Shown here: positions 16,522-20,000 of the stretch, in pieces
Position numbering within the stretch: position 1 is the first letter of the stretch
How the letters are laid out: every line of letters starts with the position of its first letter
IMG/VR virus record: IMGVR_UViG_3300030103_000980
Length of the DNA: 20,000 bases
Reading direction: 5' to 3' (one strand)
Source: an uncultured virus (IMG/VR IMGVR_UViG_3300030103_000980)
Taxonomy: Duplodnaviria > Heunggongvirae > Uroviricota > Caudoviricetes
Translations under genes and position numbers: made by a program
Notes under the pieces: generated by a model
What the model was told of the DNA's origin: nothing
Databases searched by the model: none
What the model saw: the letters and a program-made list of their open reading frames with translations, nothing else

Positions 16522-16670
16522 TATTTGCTTCCCTTAGTACCTTTTTTTGTACCTTTTTTGGTGCCGCTGCCAATCTTCACAGTGGCAGGCTTTGGCTTCA
16601 TGTAAATGCCCTTGGTGTACTCGTTCAGTAAATGACCACCAAGGTCGTACTTAAATGGATCGCTAGACAT
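16521..16670 (-). CDS. Small basic protein between terL and portal (49 aa, not in ORF track)
   Basis: Hand translation MSSDPFKYDLGGHLLNEYTKGIYMKPKPATVKIGSGTKKGTKKGTKGSK; fills the gap exactly with TGATG and TAATG overlaps. Confidence 0.8.
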   Translation of the reverse strand: MSSDPFKYDLGGHLLNEYTKGIYMKPKPATVKIGSGTKKGTKKGTKGSK

Positions 16671-18160
16671 CAGTAATACTCCCGCTTTCTTGGAATGTAA
16701 TCGTCTTCAAACTCTTCGCCATCAAGCCTGACAAACCCACCTTGGCGAAAACGCATCAATGCCATTGTCATACTATCACAAAAGTCATCATGGTCGCCAT
16801 TAGGAAATGATGCAACCTCTTCTATAACTTCGTCAGCAAATTTTTCTCCAACAGGATACCATACTTTTCCCGATTCAAAAATAGGAGATACTATATGCAT
16901 ACGCGCTGTCTTGTCTAATCCTCCCCCACCCTTCCGGCGACCGGGGGCAAAGGTTGCAACCGGGAGGTTCAGTAACCGCATTTCATCAGCCAATGGTTGA
17001 CCAGACGCTTTCGCCTCAATCAACATCAACTCTGGGTCCCAATACTCAAACTCTTCTCGCGCTATGGTTTTAAGCTCCGGAAAATTCCACCGACCCTTCT
17101 TTGCATCCAGCAAAATTAAATGCTCTTCTGAATTCTTGTACGGACGAAACACACCCCATGTTGTAATCGCAGAGTAGTCAGCAGTCTCTTTCTTTGAATA
17201 CGCGGTGTCATACGACTGTATTATGTAGTCTAAATCAGGAATATCCTCTTCTTCCCACTCCTGCCACCATTCCCGCTTGACCATCGCGGTTTCTTCGGAC
17301 GTAGGATTTTGTTGCCACTGCGCATTCCATTTGCCCACGGACAACGAAGCTTTGACCTTGAGAAGCTCGTCTTTTTTCCAAAATTCAGGCCATAATGGTT
17401 CCCCCGACGGCATAATCGCCGGAAACTCCACAACCTCCCACTGATCAGCCATCAAATCTTTTGACTGCGCGGTCAGTAACCTGCCCGTAATGTCCTTCTT
17501 TGACCACCGAGTCTGAACAATAATAATGCTGCCACCCGGCTGGAGTCTCTGTCTAGGACCCGAAGTGTACCACTCATACGCATTATCATACGCAGTCGTG
17601 GACAAAGCATCTTGTTCCGAGTGCGGGTCATCAATAATCAATAAATCCGCACCTCGGCCCGTCATCGCCGCACCTACGCCAGCAGCAAAGTATTCTCCGC
17701 CAGCGGCAGTCTCCCAACGACCAGCAGCCTGACTATCAGGTTTTAAGTCTGTGTTAGGAAATACTTCTCTGTATTTCGGGTCGGCTATTAAGTCTCGAAC
17801 CTTTCTACCAAAGCGAACAGCAAGTTCGGTGTTCATCGTCGCCTGAATAATCTTGAGCTTCGGATTGCGGCCCAGGAACCAGCTAGGCATCAGATAGGAT
17901 GCAAATTCTGACTTAGAATGTCGGGGTGGCATATTGACAATCAATCTTTTCAGTTCGCCCTTGGCAATCCGCTCTAACTTTTCTGAAATGATTCTATGAT
18001 GGGTCCCCTCTATGAAGTTATCATAGACATGATGAACGTAGGACATAAACTCTTCCTGAGCACGTTCGCGGGTCTCAAGACGCTTTGCATGCTCCTCAAG
18101 CAGGTATATCTCTTTGAGCACGTCGTCGGGTAGTAGTTCTAAGCTAGCAGTGTTCTCCAT
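16670..18160 (-). CDS. terL: Terminase large subunit
   Basis: Walker A-like NMPPRHSKS, Walker B LLIIDDPH, QTRW motif, nuclease SYDTA and HDDFCDS; likely start MENTASL at 18160 (496 aa). Confidence 0.93.
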   Translation of the reverse strand: MENTASLELLPDDVLKEIYLLEEHAKRLETRERAQEEFMSYVHHVYDNFIEGTHHRIISEKLERIAKGELKRLIVNMPPRHSKSEFASYLMPSWFLGRNPKLKIIQATMNTELAVRFGRKVRDLIADPKYREVFPNTDLKPDSQAAGRWETAAGGEYFAAGVGAAMTGRGADLLIIDDPHSEQDALSTTAYDNAYEWYTSGPRQRLQPGGSIIIVQTRWSKKDITGRLLTAQSKDLMADQWEVVEFPAIMPSGEPLWPEFWKKDELLKVKASLSVGKWNAQWQQNPTSEETAMVKREWWQEWEEEDIPDLDYIIQSYDTAYSKKETADYSAITTWGVFRPYKNSEEHLILLDAKKGRWNFPELKTIAREEFEYWDPELMLIEAKASGQPLADEMRLLNLPVATFAPGRRKGGGGLDKTARMHIVSPIFESGKVWYPVGEKFADEVIEEVASFPNGDHDDFCDSMTMALMRFRQGGFVRLDGEEFEDDYIPRKREYY

Positions 18161-18166
18161 ACCCGA

Positions 18167-18195
18167 ACGATAATATATGTCAATGAATTTATCAA
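18167..18195 (-). promoter_or_regulatory. Putative sigma70-type promoter for terL (leaderless)
   Basis: TTGATA-N17-TATCGT-N6-ATG on the minus strand. Confidence 0.5.
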
Positions 18196-18339
18196 CCCAA
18201 CGACACGACACGTCAGTACTACTGACCTATCCCCAGTATAAGGGGGTGGGGGGTCGGCGGTACGTCAAACCTGATTACCAACCCGCCCTAGTAACCCTAA
18301 AACCGTCCCATAGTTTCCCATAATGTGGAAAGATAATGC

Positions 18340-18369
18340 TTGACCTTATCCCATGTTATCCCTTATTAT
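18340..18369 (+). promoter_or_regulatory. Putative sigma70-type early promoter
   Basis: TTGACC-N18-TATTAT about 60 nt upstream of the 18429 ORF; spacer holds ATCCC(A/T)T repeats. Confidence 0.55.
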
Positions 18370-18428
18370 CGTAGATAAGAAGACACGAACCAAAACGGAC
18401 GGTGTCAATATTTTGACGGAGAAACAAA

Positions 18429-18656
18429 ATGTCAAAAGCAAACGTAAAGGTCGGACGTCCTATCACGTCCCTTCGTACTGCGCAAGCGCAGTACCAGTCA
18501 CTAAAGAGCAAGCGCGATGTTGCCGCCCGTGACTTTACTAAGTTTGAGGAGTACTGCATTCAGCAAGGTCTGCTGATGAAGGTCGAAAATCCTGAAAAGG
18601 CTACACAAGTTAAAGCGCATGTCCGTCGCTTCTTCGAGCGTATCTGGGCCGAATAA
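18429..18656 (+). CDS. Small basic early-type hypothetical protein
   Basis: 75 aa; GGAG RBS; first gene after the divergent promoter. Confidence 0.75.
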   Translation: MSKANVKVGRPITSLRTAQAQYQSLKSKRDVAARDFTKFEEYCIQQGLLMKVENPEKATQVKAHVRRFFERIWAE

Positions 18657-18664
18657 TTCAACCG

Positions 18665-18695
18665 CTAACAGGGGGGCTTATGCCCCCCAGAAAGG
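18665..18695 (+). repeat. Intergenic hairpin+RBS repeat, copy 1
   Basis: CTAACA-GGGGGGC-TTAT-GCCCCCC-AGAAAGG; 29/31 identical to 18915-18945. Confidence 0.9.
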
Positions 18696-18702
18696 CTAAT
18701 CA

Positions 18703-18906
18703 ATGTCTTATAATTCAATAGAAGATAAACCAACATTCGAGGAATGGTTTAAAGAATGCGATAAGATTGTCTCTAACATTCTGGGACTAGGGGCAGAAGA
18801 TTTACCCGACGCCCAGTGGATGGATTACTATCATGACGATATGACCCCATTCGATGCAGTTGATACCGCTAATATTGATTACTGGGACGGGCAATTACCG
18901 CTCTAA
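18703..18906 (+). CDS. Small acidic hypothetical protein
   Basis: 67 aa; 16 D/E vs 3 K; AAAGG RBS 7 nt upstream. Confidence 0.8.
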   Translation: MSYNSIEDKPTFEEWFKECDKIVSNILGLGAEDLPDAQWMDYYHDDMTPFDAVDTANIDYWDGQLPL

Positions 18907-18914
18907 TCCCGCCA

Positions 18915-18945
18915 CTAACAGGGGGGCTTCGGCCCCCCAGAAAGG
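18915..18945 (+). repeat. Intergenic hairpin+RBS repeat, copy 2
   Basis: CTAACA-GGGGGGC-TTCG-GCCCCCC-AGAAAGG. Confidence 0.9.
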
Positions 18946-18952
18946 AAACACA

Positions 18953-19318
18953 ATGCCTTTAAATTGGAATGCAGAAGATGTTAAAGACTGGGAAAATCTC
19001 CCAGACTATAAACACCATGTTATAGACTGGACTACGGTCATGGGCCTTGGACAGATTAGAAAAGACAATGTCGATAGGTGGTGCGACAGAGCGCGCTTCT
19101 ATCGCTTGGTAGAGGGTCCTATGGTCTGGATCTCAGCGGACAGGGCTGAAGATGGTAAGGAATACCATCCGCTTGAAGACCGAGAGTTTATAAGCAAGCT
19201 TGTCGGGCTTCGGACCAATGCCAGTAATGTTCCACAGGCCACATGGCTGAAGCACATGTTCGAAGGCAAGGTATCGGACTGGGCATGGCAACGGAGAAAC
19301 GAATGTTCTGGGGAGTAA
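18953..19318 (+). CDS. Hypothetical protein (121 aa)
   Basis: Start MPLNWN at 18953 lies 7 nt after the AAAGG of the repeat. Confidence 0.8.
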   Translation: MPLNWNAEDVKDWENLPDYKHHVIDWTTVMGLGQIRKDNVDRWCDRARFYRLVEGPMVWISADRAEDGKEYHPLEDREFISKLVGLRTNASNVPQATWLKHMFEGKVSDWAWQRRNECSGE

Positions 19319-19479
19319 TGTCAGTACTATTCGGAGCGGCAGGGGCAACCCTGCTGCTTACCGGAGTCGACATGTGGGGTCGCGATTTGCATCTCATACT
19401 GGCCACTCAATTCATGATACTGGGCACGGTCATTCTGGGGGCTAGTATCTTATTCTTATCCAAAGCAGGAAGGTGGTAG
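19303..19479 (+). CDS. Small two-TM membrane protein (58 aa)
   Basis: MFWGVMSVLFGAAGATLLLTG...QFMILGTVILGASILFL; GGAG RBS at 19293-19296. Confidence 0.7.
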   Translation: MFWGVMSVLFGAAGATLLLTGVDMWGRDLHLILATQFMILGTVILGASILFLSKAGRW

Positions 19480-19482
19480 GAC

Positions 19483-19503
19483 AGGGGGCTTCGGCCCCCT
19501 TTT
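19483..19503 (+). terminator. Rho-independent terminator (third, variant copy of the hairpin)
   Basis: AGGGGGC-TTCG-GCCCCCT-TTT starting 4 nt after the 19479 stop. Confidence 0.7.
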
Positions 19504-19509
19504 CTCTGT

Positions 19510-19534
19510 CCAAAAAATCCTTCGGATTTTTTGG
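19510..19534. repeat. Perfect 11-bp inverted repeat
   Basis: CCAAAAAATCC-TTC-GGATTTTTTGG. Confidence 0.8.
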
Positions 19535-19538
19535 TACA

Positions 19539-19562
19539 AGGCCGCAGGTCGCAGGTCGCAGG
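19539..19562. repeat. 7-bp tandem repeat (AGGYCGC x3.4)
   Basis: AGGCCGC AGGTCGC AGGTCGC AGG. Confidence 0.75.
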
Positions 19563-19573
19563 AAAAAAATGTA

Positions 19574-19602
19574 TTGTATTATATGGGATTATCCTATACA
19601 CT
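19574..19602 (+). promoter_or_regulatory. Putative sigma70-type promoter with palindromic operator in the spacer
   Basis: TTGTAT-N17-TACACT; overlapped by TATGGGAT-T-ATCCTATA. Confidence 0.55.
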
Positions 19603-19650
19603 CATACTAACCCCAAATTATTGGGGACTAAACCAACAGGAGAAAAAAAA

Positions 19651-19938
19651 ATGTTAGATGCAACCTTAATAAAGCAGGCAAGAAAACTTGCCAGCGCAGT
19701 ATGCGAAGCAAGAGCTATCGCAGAAGAGCTATCACAAGACCTACATTGCGATAGTATGGAGCACAAAAACCAGCACGTTGCTGAAGCCTTTGAAGAGTTG
19801 GCGGAACAGATTGCTGAATGGGCTGAAGAGTTGGCCCACATAGAGGGTCAAACAGATGACCTAATCCAACCATATGATGTTGCTGAAGCCTTTGAAGAGT
19901 TGGCGGAACAAATTGCTGAATGGAAGGAGATTGCATAA
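19651..19938 (+). CDS. Acidic helical protein with internal duplication (95 aa)
   Basis: AGGAG RBS before ATG 19651; 24 D/E vs 6 K/R; VAEAFEELAEQIAEW occurs twice. Confidence 0.8.
   Translation: MLDATLIKQARKLASAVCEARAIAEELSQDLHCDSMEHKNQHVAEAFEELAEQIAEWAEELAHIEGQTDDLIQPYDVAEAFEELAEQIAEWKEIA
19777..19923 (+). repeat. 45-bp direct repeat (19777-19821 and 19879-19923)
   Basis: 44/45 identical, 102 bp apart and in frame; single synonymous CAG/CAA difference. Confidence 0.9.
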
Positions 19939-20000
19939 TGTCATCATCACAATCAATTCATACCGACGGTAACGACGTTACCATTTCAACCGAATGGTTA
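19938..20000 (+). CDS. 5' end of a hypothetical gene (truncated by the window)
   Basis: TAATG coupling, AGGAG RBS, open to the window end (MSSSQSIHTDGNDVTISTEWL). Confidence 0.6.
   Translation, partial: MSSSQSIHTDGNDVTISTEWL

Noticed and set aside
1253..17732. Plus-strand ORFs in the structural region (e.g. 3182-3544, 8784-9185, 12441-12929, 14575-15033)
   Set aside because: Antisense shadows of well-supported minus-strand genes, with no recognisable motifs.
18161..18211. N-terminal extension of terL (MSCRWVDK...) in the ORF track
   Set aside because: It runs through the predicted promoter and lacks an RBS; ATG 18160 fits better.
18292..18302. TAACCCTAA as a telomeric repeat
   Set aside because: About one and a half units only, in an otherwise clearly phage context.
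18854..18952. Upstream starts for plus-strand ORFs (18854, also 19243 and 19531)
   Set aside because: They cross hairpins, promoters or neighbouring genes; starts at 18953, 19303 and 19651 have properly spaced RBSs.
18665..19500. Palindromic repeats as a CRISPR array or integron attC sites
   Set aside because: Spacing is 250 and about 560 bp with whole genes between; no cas or integrase gene; no GTTRRRY/RYYYAAC cores.
19777..19923. Direct repeat as a DGR template/variable repeat pair
   Set aside because: Only 45 bp, one synonymous mismatch, both copies in the same ORF, and no reverse transcriptase in the window.

Overview
The window is a fragment of a tailed dsDNA phage genome (Caudoviricetes). 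By gene order and recalled protein families it most resembles the abundant marine podovirus-type phages of Alphaproteobacteria (pelagiphage HTVC010P/HTVC023P-like architecture); this is recall, not a search result. Positions 1-18160 are a tightly packed, often translationally coupled minus-strand morphogenesis module: terminase large subunit, portal, holin-like and other membrane proteins, probable internal virion proteins, a Cys-rich HiPIP-like protein, GroES, scaffold, major capsid, decoration-like proteins, a cluster of very small basic proteins, then head-tail connector and tail proteins. A GC-skewed, palindrome-rich divergent control region (about 18160-18430) precedes a plus-strand run of small early-type genes. 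Highlights: (i) small basic proteins, four of them missing from the ORF track, share an x-x-G-[G/K] motif, and one copies the capsid protein N-terminus (MAISR); (ii) a near-identical 31-nt hairpin+RBS cassette sits between the early genes; (iii) a structured leader sequesters the RBS after the capsid terminator; (iv) there is a cupredoxin-tipped appendage protein plus a HiPIP-like protein; (v) terL appears to be leaderless.
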